64,000 nt of DNA. Origin: Octopus vulgaris (lineage: Eukaryota). Shown piece after piece: positions 50,101-63,860 of the stretch. The stretch spans positions 95,852,001 through 95,916,000 of the forward strand of contig OX597814.1 of assembly GCA_951406725.2 (NCBI GenBank), read 5' to 3'. Numbering within the stretch: position 1 is the stretch's first letter; every line of letters begins with the position of its first letter. The position numbers and the translations under genes were made by a program. Below the pieces are notes generated by a model. The model saw only the letters and a program-made list of their open reading frames with translations, made no database searches and was not told where the DNA came from.

Positions 50101-51859
50101 GACATCTGTTCATGCTGTCACTCCCTGATAGAACAAAATAAGCAAAAATAAATATCGCTTTCTTGGTGCGAAGAATTCTGCATATATCAGTTTATAATAT
50201 GTTCCGTTATATGAAAGATATACCGTACAAAGGTTATTTTTTTTATCATTGAAATGGTTACCATTGACGATGAAGGAATAATCAACAACGAGGAATTATT
50301 GAAGCATTTTTTAGAGAACAAAATAAACCAACTTGTTAAAAAGTACTTTAAATACTTGTTTAGAAAATTTTAATGTAAACTAAACCGACATTTTGTTAAG
50401 AATCTTAGAATCAAAATACATATAAAATTTAAATTTAGATTTGTTTTATATGAATTGATTTACTTGTTCTCTTTTCACATATTCTACTTGCATATTATCA
50501 CAGTAAGCATCTAACCAAAATTATCTAACTTAGGTAGGATATGGAATGTCACACACATCCCACTGTATATCTTTTAAAACTTTATATTTATTCGCCGACA
50601 TTATATTTATATGCAAAAAGCATTTGAGACGATGAGTCAAAACCAAAATATAATACAAATATTAGAGTGACATTGAAAGTTCAAAAAGCAGAACGGGATC
50701 ATGGAATTTCTAATGTAAACATGTGGCATTTGATGGCCTTGATCGATCGATCAGTGACACTTTAAAAGGTGAATGTCAGAAAACCATTGACAATTGAACA
50801 TACGAGAAGTTACAAGAATGGAAGGAAATTTGTTATAATTAAAACCATTAATGTAAATAGCAGAATATACAATTTCACGCTCACCTTAAAAATGCGCGTA
50901 CTGATGTCCTCGAAAAGTACTGAAGTGGTTACCGGAGAACTACTTGCTTAGTTACTTCCCTTCGTACGTTTTATCGTGGGAAGTATAAAACAGATAAAAA
51001 TATAATTCACTTCGCATTCTTTCTGCTTACATTTAAAATCATCACTTGTAATAATAAAAGCAAGTGAGGGAGCGACTAGATAAGCCAAGGGTAACCAGCG
51101 GTCCACGGGACTTTCTGAACGACACGCTTTGCCTAATGAAAAATTATTTTTTAGTAGCGCGACCTGCTTCTCAGAAAAGGGTGCCCACGTCTCTACTAGA
51201 TCGTCTCTCACTCAGTCTGCTTGAAACAGCAACAGAATCTCGATCAAACAACACCCTATGTTTCATAGAAAAGAACATGGTGTGTAAAGTGATCCTGAAT
51301 TCATTCTCTGTGTACTGGAAAAAAGAGAGGATGGTCACGGCTGGAATGCCTTTGATCATAAGTTTGATTGGCCATGGTTGAAATAAGTTAAACAACAATT
51401 ACAACCACCACTCATTGGTTTTTAACATAAACAAAGACCCGTTATATAAAACAGTTGTCTGAGAAAACTACGGTAGCTGGCAATTTATGTACACGCACAC
51501 ACGCACACGCACGCACACACGCACGCACACACACACGCGCGCGCACGCACACACACACACACACACAACTTCCACTTTTCCATCTTTGCATAGGTCAAAA
51601 GGAATTTGTTGAGGCAGATTTTCTAGAGTCGGATGCTCTTTCTGTCGCCAACCAACATCTATTTCCAAGCAAAGTCTATCTTCCCATGGATAGGCATATT
51701 TTTTTTTATGGAAGACTGGAAACGAACAACATCGTTTGTATGTTGGTGATGTTCTTTTACAATCATCACATGATGTCAAGCGGACAGTATAAAATCTGCC
51801 TCAACAAATTCTGTGACTCATGAAAGCACAGAAAGATAGTGGACGGTATTGTGGTTTAA

Positions 51860-52106
51860 GCATGCCATATAACACCTCAGGATTTCATTATTTTTTTGAA
51901 TTTTCAAAACATTTTTTTTGCGAATTTGCATTGTACAAATGGGAATTCACACGACTATGAAATTTTTTAAATCCCAGTCCGAATTTTTGGCTTAAATCCC
52001 AGCAATAGACTATTAAATGTGTTTATGGGGAAATAGATATTTAAAAACACCAATACGTCAGACTGACAAACAAACGAGTAGGGTATGAGGTGGTCGTGGG
52101 ATGTGC
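51860..52106. mobile_element. TTAA-flanked MITE (Kolobok-like)
   Basis: ttaa-gcatgccatataacacctca ... tgaggtggtcgtgggatgtgc-ttaa imperfect TIRs. Confidence 0.45.
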
Positions 52107-52183
52107 TTAAAATAACAGCTAAATAGTTTTTAAATCACGTACGACTTTTTTTTTTTGTATAATCGCATTAATTCCCGTATATA

Positions 52184-52563
52184 CACCTGCGTCAGAAATT
52201 AATTAGCACTTCTCAAATTTCTACATTAAATAGGTTAAATCAATTAACCTATGAGCTGTTCAAAACGTCTTACGCGATGAGAAAACTTAGTATAGTGTGA
52301 TTTCGGTCCTTGCGAGGCGCTACCTATATCTATTAAACAAAGGAAGATTTGTCTGCATCCGCACTCCAAGTTGTTGTTGCACTGCTATGTCAACATCATA
52401 AGGCTGTAGACTCTCAAACTGCTCTGCAAACAAAGTTACGTCATCGTTCTGCGCAACAATGAACTCGCAACAAAGCAATAGTTCGAGATATGGCCACTAG
52501 GTGACAGCACATACCTTGAGTGAAGAGCAAATCAAGGGTGCTAATTAATTTCTGACGGTAGTG
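52184..52563. mobile_element. Tc1/mariner-type MITE
   Basis: TA-flanked TIRs cgtcagaaattaattagcac / gtgctaattaatttctgacg. Confidence 0.75.
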
Positions 52564-52732
52564 TATATTACAAATTCGCAAATTTTTATGTGTATAACAC
52601 ATTAATTAAAATATATTAAAAGAAAATATTTAGTGCACCGTAGATGTGTAAACAAAGAATTGCACATACTGTTGGGAAAATAAAAATTGGGAGGTGAGTG
52701 TGTGGTGTTGTTTTGCATTTGTACTCTTTGCA

Positions 52733-53138
52733 CTTTTACTCTTTTACTTTTTTCAGTCATTTGACTGTGGCCATGCTGGAGCACCACCTTTAGTCGAGCA
52801 AATCAACTCCAGGACTTATTCTTTGGAAGCCTAGTACTTATTCTATCAGTCTCTTTTGGCCGAACCACTAAGTTACGGGGATGTAAACACACCAGCATTG
52901 ATTGTCAAACGATGTTGGGAGGACAAATACAGACATATACACACACGTACATATATATATATGTATACATATATACGATGGGCTTCTTTCAGTTTCCGTC
53001 TACCAAATCCACTCACAAGGCTTTGGTCGGTCGATGCTATAGTAGAAGACATTTACCCAAGGTGCCACGCTGTGGGACTGAACCCAGAACCAGGTGGTTG
53101 GTAAGCAAGCTACTTACCACACAGCCACTCCTACACCT
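52733..53138 (-). mobile_element. SINE family A copy, full length
   Basis: Highly similar to 31271-31644. Confidence 0.85.
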
Positions 53139-53139
53139 G

Positions 53140-55085
53140 TGCGTAAAATTGTGAATTTATTTCAAGCCCTATGATGTTGCCCAAATGTTCTGCACCTTCT
53201 AAGGCTTCTGGTAGTGAACCCAAGCACCAGAGGAAGATGCAAAGAAGGTGAGATTCCTCAACACGCTTAAGGAAGGGAGAAGATATGTGGATGTAGGCCA
53301 CCATTACAGCATCAATGAATCTACTGTTCACTATATAAAAAAGGATGAAAAACATATAAGTTTGATGGCAAAAGTGACTTTTAACAAAACAACGAAAAGG
53401 GTGGTAACTTCCTGCAATAAAGCCATCATAGGGAGGGAGTCTGCATTAGCCCTTTGGATCAGTGACTCCAGGAAGAAGAACATTGCACTGGATACCAACA
53501 CCATCCATGAGAAGGCTGGGAAGCTGTATGGCAAGTTTACAGATTGCAGTGATGACGACCCAGACAACCCTGAACCAGGACCATCTACGGCAACTCCCAC
53601 CAAACCAACCAAATTTATTGCCATCAAAGGCTGAGATGATAAACTTCAAAGGAGGTTCAATCTTAAGAGTGTATCCCTGCATGGAGAAGCTGCTTCTACT
53701 GACAAACCTGCTGCTGAAGAGTACATGAACAAAATGTTCAAGACCATCGTTGAGAAAGAGGGATATTCACATGAACAAATTTTCAGTATAGATGAGATGA
53801 GACTAGCCTTGTTTGGAAACAGATGCCATTGCAGACTTACATTATGAAGGAGGGGCCAGATCCTCTGGATTTAAGGTGTACAAAGGTCGTGTCACAATTA
53901 CAATGTGTGGAAATGCTGTGGGCTTTACAATAAAGCCAGGGCTTATTTCATAATTCCCAAAACCCAAGAGCCGTCAAAAACAAAAATAAGAACCTGCTGC
54001 CAGTGCATTGGATGCACAACCAGAAGGCATGGATAATGAAACCACTGACCTCAGATTGGTTTCACCAGTGCTTCATCCCCAAAGTCAAAGTTTATCTTGC
54101 TGAAAAAGGACCAGAATTCAAAGTGCTTTTCTTAATGAACAATGCTGGATGTCACATGCTCGACCTGTCATATGAAGGTGTACAAATTGAATTCTTACTG
54201 TTGAAGATCACATCGCTGATCCAGCGCATGAATGAAGGCATTATTCCTGCTTTTAAGGTGCTCTGTACACAAAACTCCCTGCAACACCCGGTCGAGATTA
54301 TGGACTCAGATAACTTCTTGCTGAAGGAATACTGGTGTGGGTACACCATTGCAACGTGTCTCCAAAATATTCAGAAGGCCATAAAGGAGATGAAGAATGA
54401 AACTTTGAATGTCAGCTGGAAGAAATTGTAGCCATAAGTAGTCCATGACTATAAAGGATTCTCTCCTGATGAAATCCACCACTCTGCAGTAGGTAAAGCA
54501 GTGAAGCTGGCAAAATTGCTAAGAGGAAATGGCTTCACCAATATGACTACCGAGGATGTTAATAACCTGATTGAGGCCCACTCAGATTCATTAATGGATG
54601 AAAATCTGACAGAGATGACAAAGTCAGCAAGTGGGGAGGAAGAAGAAGGAGGAGGAGGAGAAGTAGAAGAAGAAGAAGAAGAAGAAGAAGTCGACTTATC
54701 ACTAGAACAGCTCTTGGCCCTAGCAAAAGCGACAAAAGACCTTCAGAAAATGGCCGAGGATTGGGACCCCCAGATTGATGCATTGTAGTTCAGAAATGTA
54801 ATTGATGGAGCCATGGAAGTTTATAAAAAAACCTCCTTACACAGAAGAAAAGGCTGCACCAGCAACTGCCATCACTATGTTCCTCATCTGCATAAAAAAA
54901 GATAAGATATGGGTACTCCTAAGAGTGTAAAGAGAGTTTATAAAAGCTTAAATATATGAAAATAATAAAATAAATATATACAAATTATAAAAATAATTAA
55001 AAAATATACAGTACTGTACTATTTCTACTTCTAGGATTTTCACCTATTGTGGAATGTAACACCTGCAATAGTCAAGGGATTACTG
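53140..55085 (+). mobile_element. Tigger/pogo DNA transposon with frameshifted transposase
   Basis: psq-HTH (YSINESTVHYIKKDE), CENP-B HTH (ESALALWI), DDE_1 (WMHNQKAW, LFLMNNAGCH, TSLIQRMNEGII), acidic tail; 3' TIR gggattactg then TA. Confidence 0.85.
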
Positions 55086-55436
55086 TATTAATTATAATAG
55101 TTTGGGTAGAAAATACAAAATATGTATACATGTAAAATGAGAGAAAGCAAAAGACAGAGACTTTCAGACAATGAATATTTAAGTATAAGTATATAGATAT
55201 TTATGTTAAATGATCTTACACAGAGTACAAATGACAGAGAAAATTAAAGGGGAGGACGAGAGGTGTTTATCTGCATAATTACCTCTATATCCACTCAACT
55301 TGATCCCACTTATAGCCATTCTTTACTCTGTGGAATTGATCCCCTGTAAAGATATCAGAGTCTAAGTTTGAATCTTTTGAACACTACCAAGTGTCTTCTA
55401 TACTGAGAATCTCTGGATCTCATTTGTGGACTATAT

Positions 55437-55615
55437 ATCTATTATATAAAACCCATTCTGTCTGTTTGTGTGTGTGTCTTCTAGGATCTCAGGCATCCTC
55501 CATCCGATTGTGCTCAAATTTGATATATAGATACTGACAGTATCAGGGCATGTAGAAGTCTTGAAAAAATTACAAAAATCGATTCTAGGTGAGAACGCGA
55601 TCAATAAAGCATTTT
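55437..55615 (+). mobile_element. Helitron-like 5' fragment
   Basis: TCTATTATATAAAA...tgtctgtttgtgtg start resembling the other Helitrons; no CTAG end found. Confidence 0.45.
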
Positions 55616-55811
55616 TTGGAATAGTAAAAATTCTATCTTTATTTCTTCTTTTGCTGGTGTCTCAAATTTAGGTTAAATCAGTGTTTCTCAAAGGGGAGGC
55701 CTATGGGACGGTCGGACAAGTTATTTTGAGAAAATTTGGTTTAGATGTTCGACAACTCAGCACCGTCCATTGGACGGGGGGGGGGGCGTTTTGCTCCTGT
55801 AAATATATGTA

Positions 55812-57036
55812 CAATGTGTTTGGGCTAAATTTGATTATTCTTTTGTCTCCTTTTTTCATCACATTGTTCTGCAGTTGTTGAATGAATTCTGGTGTGCAGA
55901 CAGTCAGAATGCCTCCATTACAACTGTCCATTACAATCTTTACAGTGTTCACTGAGATTTGAGCAGCAGTCATGATGTTGGCATTTTGATACCTGGCATG
56001 AATCATCATGATACAGGTAACTCTTTTCCATTATTCAAATGGCTTCCAGTTCTCCATGTTAGCTAACTTTCTCTCAACCACATCTTTATGCTCCCTAACA
56101 CCATTGGCTATTCACCAATACATCAATCTGGACTTTGGTGAGAGAGATGGAAGTTGGAACTGCCCCCACGAAGCTGGCCTTGAATGAGGTCGTTCACTAC
56201 AACTTATACAAGAGGTGCAAGGGGAAAATTCTGACAAGCAAGACCAAGGCGAACCACTTGCCAAGGGCAAACTCCTGAATAAGCTGAGGCATCCTGTTAA
56301 GCCAGGGATGATCTGGTTCCTCTCAGATGAAAAAAAAAATTTGCCAGGAGCATTTGCACATCATCCAAATACAACAGATGGCTTGCATACAATCCATGTG
56401 ATATCTCACATATCATGAAAACCAAAGTCCCCACAAACTTATGGTCTTTGGGTGTGTCTGCAGTGGAGGTAACATCATACTGTTTCACATCTTTGAATAA
56501 GTCCATAAGCTCAATTCAAATGGCTATGTGAAGCTGCTGGAGACTGTGGTCAAACTCTGGCTGGAGAGAGTTGTTGCTGGAAGAAAATATGTATGGTAGC
56601 AAGATTTTGCTCCTTGCTATACCTCTGGAAAGAGTCAGAAGTTGTTGTCAGATAATTTCTATGACAGCATCAGTCCAGATTTCTGGCCTCCTAAATTTCT
56701 CAGTTGTAATCCCATAGATTACTATGTGTGGGCCATGGTTGAGAAAGACACTAACCACTCTGCTTGTAACACCCAAGCTGAACTGTTTGATAGCCAAGAT
56801 CAAGGACATGTTTGAAGACTTTCCCAGGAACACAACTAGGAATGCATGCACCAGGTACCAGAGCCATCTTAAGGTCATGTTGGAATCTGAGGGTAGCTAC
56901 TTTAAATAAACTGTTATCTCGCAGCCTTAATCTAGTTGATATTTTTTGATTTTTAAAAATATTTTAATTTTTGGATGGAATATTTTGTTTACTTTACCTT
57001 TTATGCAAATTGTCAAAATTTAGTCCAAATACCCTC
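55812..57036 (+). mobile_element. maT (DD37D) Tc1/mariner transposon, decayed, with internal inversion
   Basis: TA-flanked TIRs (tgtttgggctaaattt / aaatttagtccaaata); FLSDEK and QDFAP-x-WPP...NPIDY with 37 residues between the last two Asp. Confidence 0.85.
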
Positions 57037-57057
57037 TATATATATCTCTATATATGC

Positions 57058-57090
<33 letters not shown>

Positions 57091-57096
57091 TGTATG

Positions 57097-57134
<38 letters not shown>

Positions 57135-57205
57135 TACATACATATATATATACATATATATACATATATTTATATACGTACATACAATACATACAAACAC
57201 ACACA
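57037..57205. repeat. Compound (TA)n/(TATG)n/(CA)n microsatellite
   Basis: Direct inspection. Confidence 0.9.
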
Positions 57206-59570
57206 CAAGAGGCATAGGTATGGTTGTGTGGTAAGTTTGCTTCCAAACTTCATGATTCCTAGTCCGGTCCCATTGTGTGGCACCTTGGGCAAGTATCTTC
57301 TACTATAATCATAGGCTGGCTAAAGCCTTGCAAGTAGATTTGGTAGATGAACACTAAAAGAAGCCCTTTGTATAGATATATAAATGTATATATGTGTGTA
57401 TGTATGCGTGTACATATGTATGTGCGTGTGTAGGTGCAGTTTGTTCAATGTTTAGGAATGAGGTTTCAGGTGTGGAATCTCATTCCTTGCAACAATGGAG
57501 TTCCAGGTTTGATCCCCCTGTATAGCATTGCAGGTATGTCATTTTCTAAGCCTTAGGTCAACTCATACCTTATGAGTGATATTCAGATAATCTATGGGGT
57601 TTAAATAAGGAGAATCAGGCAGCTGCATATTATTTGAGGTCACATGATCACATGATTCTTCCAGATATTACTGAACATGCTCTCTCTTCATTATGTAATA
57701 CTTGTACACTCAGCTATCTTTATCTTCTCAATGGTTGCTCTTATCAGCTTACTAGGATGTAGTTGTTGATGATTTCCTGAACCTACTGGACATACATGGC
57801 TCTCCTGATGATACCTGATCTCTGAGAATGTCTAGTTCTCTTGGCCACACATGACATACTCTCATCAGGGGCCTATTGTTCTTTCACGGACCTCAGTTTG
57901 AGAGACCTGGCTATGACACTGCATCTTTTAAGGCCCTCATGCTTTCCGAAATCCGCCGAAACTACACCTGATTATATATACACTTTAGATGAGTTGTAGT
58001 GCACCTGAGCACTGTACACAATTATTATTATTATTATTATGTTCAGGAATCTTATGATTTTTGAATCACCATGCTTGACAGCTAGTGGTACAAACATAGC
58101 GAATCTTTAACTTTTGTGTTTTAGATTGGAATTGGTCATGTGATGCTTCTCACATGTCTGAAAACCAAATGGTCAACAATATTTGCTGTGTAGGTCGCTT
58201 CAAGTATTGCACACTGAGAATGACATAGTTGTGAAACAAGCTTCTTAATCACATAACCGTGCTTGCATTCATTTGAGTAGTGCTAAATTTATCCCTGTTG
58301 GAAGGACAAGAGATAAAATTACCTCAAAAGATTTAAATTCAGAATAATAGAATAATAATGTAATGTATATTCTTGCTGTAATTTGCTGACCTTCATAGCA
58401 AATAGCAAGAGAGACTGGAGTGTAGATATACAATTAGTGGATTTTTTGTACTTCCTTCAGTTAGTAGTTGGTAAATGGTTGAGAAGCAGTTGGAAATTGG
58501 GAGGTGGTCAGTTATATAAGTACATCATAAATATGAATCAGTAAAATTTTAAAAGTTTAACATTTTAAAGAAGAATATTATATATTTTATACTATTCTAT
58601 GAATGAAATAAAAGATTTTTGTAGTTAAGCTGAAAATTCTGATATTCAGTGTGCATGTTTTATTTCTGAGGACAACTGGGTAAAAATTATGATTCAAATT
58701 AAACATAAATAGCAGAATGATGAATACAACTTTTTTTGAAACTAGGTCGCTGTATTTTCCCTGATGCTAAAATCTATCTTTGCCTATAACTGGGTCGTTT
58801 ACTATATTTTGTGGGTATCCTGTACATTACTGATTAAAATTTAAAAAATTTCAAAACCTGAAATAAACAGACTAATTCATGATGTTTTTTGGGCATTAAT
58901 ATTCAATGAAATTTTGTACAGTTTGGTATACATATTGGTTAAGGATTCAATTAGGATGTAGGATTAGGGCTGGCTTTAGAGTTATGGTTCAGGGTTTGGG
59001 TTAAGACTAGGGTTTAAAGTTAGGGCTTAAAGTACTACAAAAACCAAACTCAGGCAGATGCTTTGTTTTCGAAAAATTTATTTCAGATCGTAAAGCACAG
59101 TTCTTCATAACCCATACGACTTCAGCATTGCTTGAAAATAGCAATATGCCAACAAACACGATACAAAAAGCTTTTATAATTTACAGTAAATACCATGCTT
59201 TATATATCTAATTACTCAAGTGAAGTAGTGAATTTATAAAAATCCCAGTGCAGATCGTCAACAATTTTCCTGGATTCTGGAATTTCCTATTTACTAATTG
59301 TATATTTTACGTTTTTCTTCTTTATTTTTTACGTAGCAGAACTACGTAATGTACTTGAGAATATAATTAACAATACCCCACGCACGCGCACACATACATA
59401 CACACATAATACACACACACACATACATATCATTTGTAGAAATACATAAATCCGGAGAAGCATACTCAGGCCAACAGTGTTTGGGGATTGAAGATACGCC
59501 GTAAGGCTAAACCCCTTATGAGCGAGAAACCTAGGGTAACCCCATAAACCGGCCTACCCCACAATAATAT

Positions 59571-59606
<36 letters not shown>

Positions 59607-62600
59607 TACACAAGAGTTATGGAATGGAGTAGATAAGATCTGGGCTACATTTGTTTCATAGCAAGTGGAACCTTAGAAGTGGTAATTATCCAAGCGAGGT
59701 TTATACCGCAGGTTACTCTTCATGCCGAGGATATCTTGATTAAATGAAAGTTTACACTGTCGCAAGGAGGTACATGTTAATGTATGGAAGATTCAATCAG
59801 AATGTTGCAGATGTTCAGCTTATCGTACTTCGATATAAAAAAAATCCACAACAATAAACCATTATTGTTCCTGAAAGTTGTTTTTTATATTCACTACGGA
59901 TTGCTTGAAGCTAACTTTCTTCCTACACCTCGATACTTGGATCTTACATACATACACACACACATATATACATATTAAAGTTAAATATTTCATCGTGTTC
60001 CTTTCTGTTGAAGAGCGTAGGCTCGAAACGTAAACTCTCTCTCTATCCCGAGTGTCAAACTAATATACCTGCTTGTTGCTTATACACCTGTCTTCGTCTG
60101 TTTTTCTGTGAATTTCAACTATATATATATATATAAATATATAAAGCACGGTTTCAATTTTAATTGAAATCATATTACTTCACTTAGGACACTAATGATG
60201 ATAACAAAAGGGGTATGAACACCACGGCATGGCATTTCTTGATAGATCGCGAAACCTTGTGCCTTTCTGAGAAATCGATATGCAAGGGAAATAATTATGT
60301 CAACACTTGTTAATCTTGCAAGTTACTCTACTTGTTCTGTCTGCAATTTGTCTGCATCACCGAGAGTCCGTGTGACGCATACTTAAAAATATATTTATAT
60401 ACATATCTATATAGATATATTTTCTGTTTTATGTATGACAAACGAATTACCAAAAAGGATATAGTAAGTTTTTCACATATTTCATTTTGAATTTTTGTTT
60501 CTTTTCTTCTTTTATAAATGTATTATTTTTGTACTACAAGACGGAGCGTCTAAACACGTCATATATTTCTTTCATTTGAAGCCAAAAAACCCCTATTTCA
60601 GTCTATCTCTTAGATTATTTGTATTATTATTACTTCTTTTTACTGATCCAGTAAGAATATCATTGTGATAAGTAATCTTAAGTGCTTTGTATCAGGATAA
60701 ATTTTATTATTTCATTAGAATATTTATCAATTAATAATTTCTCAGGCAGGCAAGAGACTTCGAGAAAAGCTCCCGGCAAACTGATTCCGCGGTCCACTTT
60801 CGCTTTTGAGTTGTAATCCACTTCATTTCATTTATAACATTTGTATGTCTTTTACAAAACTATGAATTTCATAGAATCTCATTTCCGCGTCTTTAATAAT
60901 TTTATGTCTTGTATGAAGATAAACGATCAATAATTCGTCATATACAAGTGGGGTTTACTTTTATAACGAAATTAATTGTATGGCTAAAAAGCCGTTTTCA
61001 TAGATAATGCATAAGAATTTCAATTAATAACATTTGCATTTCTTTCTTACGTGTGTTTTTGCAAAGGAAGAATATATATCATCTACAGATAATATATAGA
61101 CAGATTACTGCCTTGCCCCTTCTTAAATAATATCACGCAAAATTTGATACATTCCTTTGCAAAATTTGTTTTAACTCTTTACATTTTTAGACTATGTTTT
61201 TCTAATTTCTTGTGGCAGTAGACAACTATCAATATATATAACAAATTTCCATATGAATCAACGTTTATTTATGATGGCTTCCTATTTGCCTTTACCTCCT
61301 TTTCTCTTTTGTTTGATCAGGAACACCTCTCGTAAACGTAATTAGAGTTAAAATAACCTTCCCGGTAAAAAAGAATCAGTTATTTTGTACCTGCAATATG
61401 TTTGAGTTTCCAAGCAATACCGAAGTTTCTTAATTCCATCTATGTGTGTTTTATCTTTGTTTGCTTTCGAAACTCAGATTTTATCTTTAGCTTGCAGATA
61501 AGAAATATTAAAGCCACCGTTAAGGTGTTGTTACAAACAAACAAATGTTTATACTCATAAAACAATTTTTCGCCAAACAAGTGTGTGGCTGTTGCTAAAT
61601 TGTTCTCGGGGTGCATACTGGTCCCTGAAATTAAGAGAAAATACAATTCGCTTTTATGTTACAATTTATTGGTTTAGCGTTTTCACAATTTTTGTTTTAA
61701 GAAACTAACATTATACTGGATCTTATTTAAACGGAATGATGACAGTTGTATTTTCGAAACTCATTTGTCTTATAGTTAAAAACTTTCGGTAAACTGAACA
61801 CAGTGTACTTCCTGGCTTCTTTTACCTTTCGTAATATCTTCACCGTAATCTCATAGAAGGTTCTAGAAAATACACCTCATAATGTTCATAAAAATATAAC
61901 TTAAATTACACAAATTAAATAACCAAACTTATATAAAAATATAAGAACAACGCCCAACACAACAAACTAACACCACATAAAGCTTCAAGTAGCTAAATGA
62001 ATAAATAACTTGCAACAAGTTTAAAGAATATAAATCCCTCGTGGATTGTACAATTCCTGCTTGAGTTCCTATCTCTACACAAAAAAAATCACAAACTGCT
62101 CAGGGTGCATCTATGCATCATCCCAATTTTTGGTCCCTCCATCTAAAATTGGGGATGATACATTAGATAATGTAATCCTAGATACCTATAAAAACACTAG
62201 ATGATGAAGACCGGAATGACTTCGATAATATGTCAGCTTGTTCAGTTCTCAATTAGAACAATAACAACAAAGAAAATGACAAGCTTAAAAAAAGATCCCA
62301 CCTTCAGACTTCTTATTCAATGCAGCAGGATTACTAAAAATGAAAGAACACCTGAATATATGTGAGGGGTTGTTTCTTACTGTTCTTTTTGTTATATATA
62401 TATAAATGCAATCAAGCTCAGCCACTCAGACACATCTGCAACACTCTAGAACAATACTATAAACAAAGATTTTTGTCTTGCAGGTTACTTGGTGACCCTA
62501 TCAGTCCAGGTGCCACTTAAAAAGCATCCAGTCTACACTGTAAAGTGATTGGCAATTGGAAGGGCACCTAGCTGTAAAAACCTTGCCAAAATTGACCTTT

Positions 62601-63860
62601 CCTGTGCTTGTGCTATGTAAAAAGCATTAAGTCCACTCTGCTGGGTGGTTGGTGTTAGGAAGGGCATCCAGTTGTAAAAATCGTGCCAAAACAGTCAGAA
62701 AAGCCTGATGCAGGTTTTTGCCTGGTCAGCTCTTGTCAAACCATCCCACTCATGCCAGCATGGGAGGCGGATGTTAAACAATGATGATGATGGTGATCTT
62801 AAAATATTATCGCTCACTCATTTAAGCAAACAAAAAATACAGAGACATAACATCATCATCAGTGACCCCATAAAGCTCTAAGCACCTCTGGAATGCAGAG
62901 ACCCATCTGTAAATGCTAGGAAACATCTGTTGCACTCAAACTGAAGCCTTTTATCACTTTCACTGAAAACACTGCTGAAACCTGTTCATATGCAAAAACA
63001 AGCTGGATAATTTTTTAAAAGAAGGTTATGAGTTGGACTGTTACACTTCAATCTATACAATAAATAACCGCATATCAAAGTATATGGTATAGTTTTCCAT
63101 TAGGAATGGTATATGTGACACTAGATATCTATTGATTTCACCTACCTCTTTGTCCAATTACTTATGTACCATATGCTGATTTGATCAGAGCTGACTTAAG
63201 GATTACTACAATCTGAGGTGTCACTGTTAAGTTCGAAATTGTTATTGAATCCTATAAAAGCAGTAAGCTGGCAGAATTGCTAACGTGCTGGACAAAATGC
63301 TTAACAGCTTTTCATGTCATTACATTCTGATTCAAATGCTGTCATAGCTGACTTTGCTTTCATCCTTTTAGGGTCGATGAAATAAGTACCAGTCAAATAT
63401 TAGTTTAATGCAATTGACTAGCCTTCTCCCTCAAAATTCCTGGCATTGTACCTATAGTAGAAAGGATTATTTAATCCTATAACTCCTTTGCTTGTTTTAG
63501 TCAATAGACTGTGGCCATGCTGGGGCATTGCTTTAAAGAATGTTTAGACAAATGAATTGACCCCAAAACTTATGTTTTGTCACTTGTTCTCTTTTGCTCT
63601 TTTGTTGAACTGCTGATTTACAAGGGGCGTAAACACAGACACAAAATCATATACATATATATGGATTTATGTGCAGTAGTACAACCTCTGGAACCATGTG
63701 GTTGAGAAGCAAGCTTCTTACCACACAGTCAACCCTTTGCCTATATATATATATACACACACATGCATATATATATATGTATTTATATGAAGTGGAACAG
63801 AACCCGGAACCATGTTGTTGGGAAGCTAGCTTCTTACCACAAAGTCAAGCCTTCACCTAT

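Noticed and set aside
53171-54790. Domesticated TIGD/CENP-B-like gene
   Set aside because: Multiple stops and frameshifts, altered catalytic Asp residues and a retained TIR indicate a dead Tigger copy.
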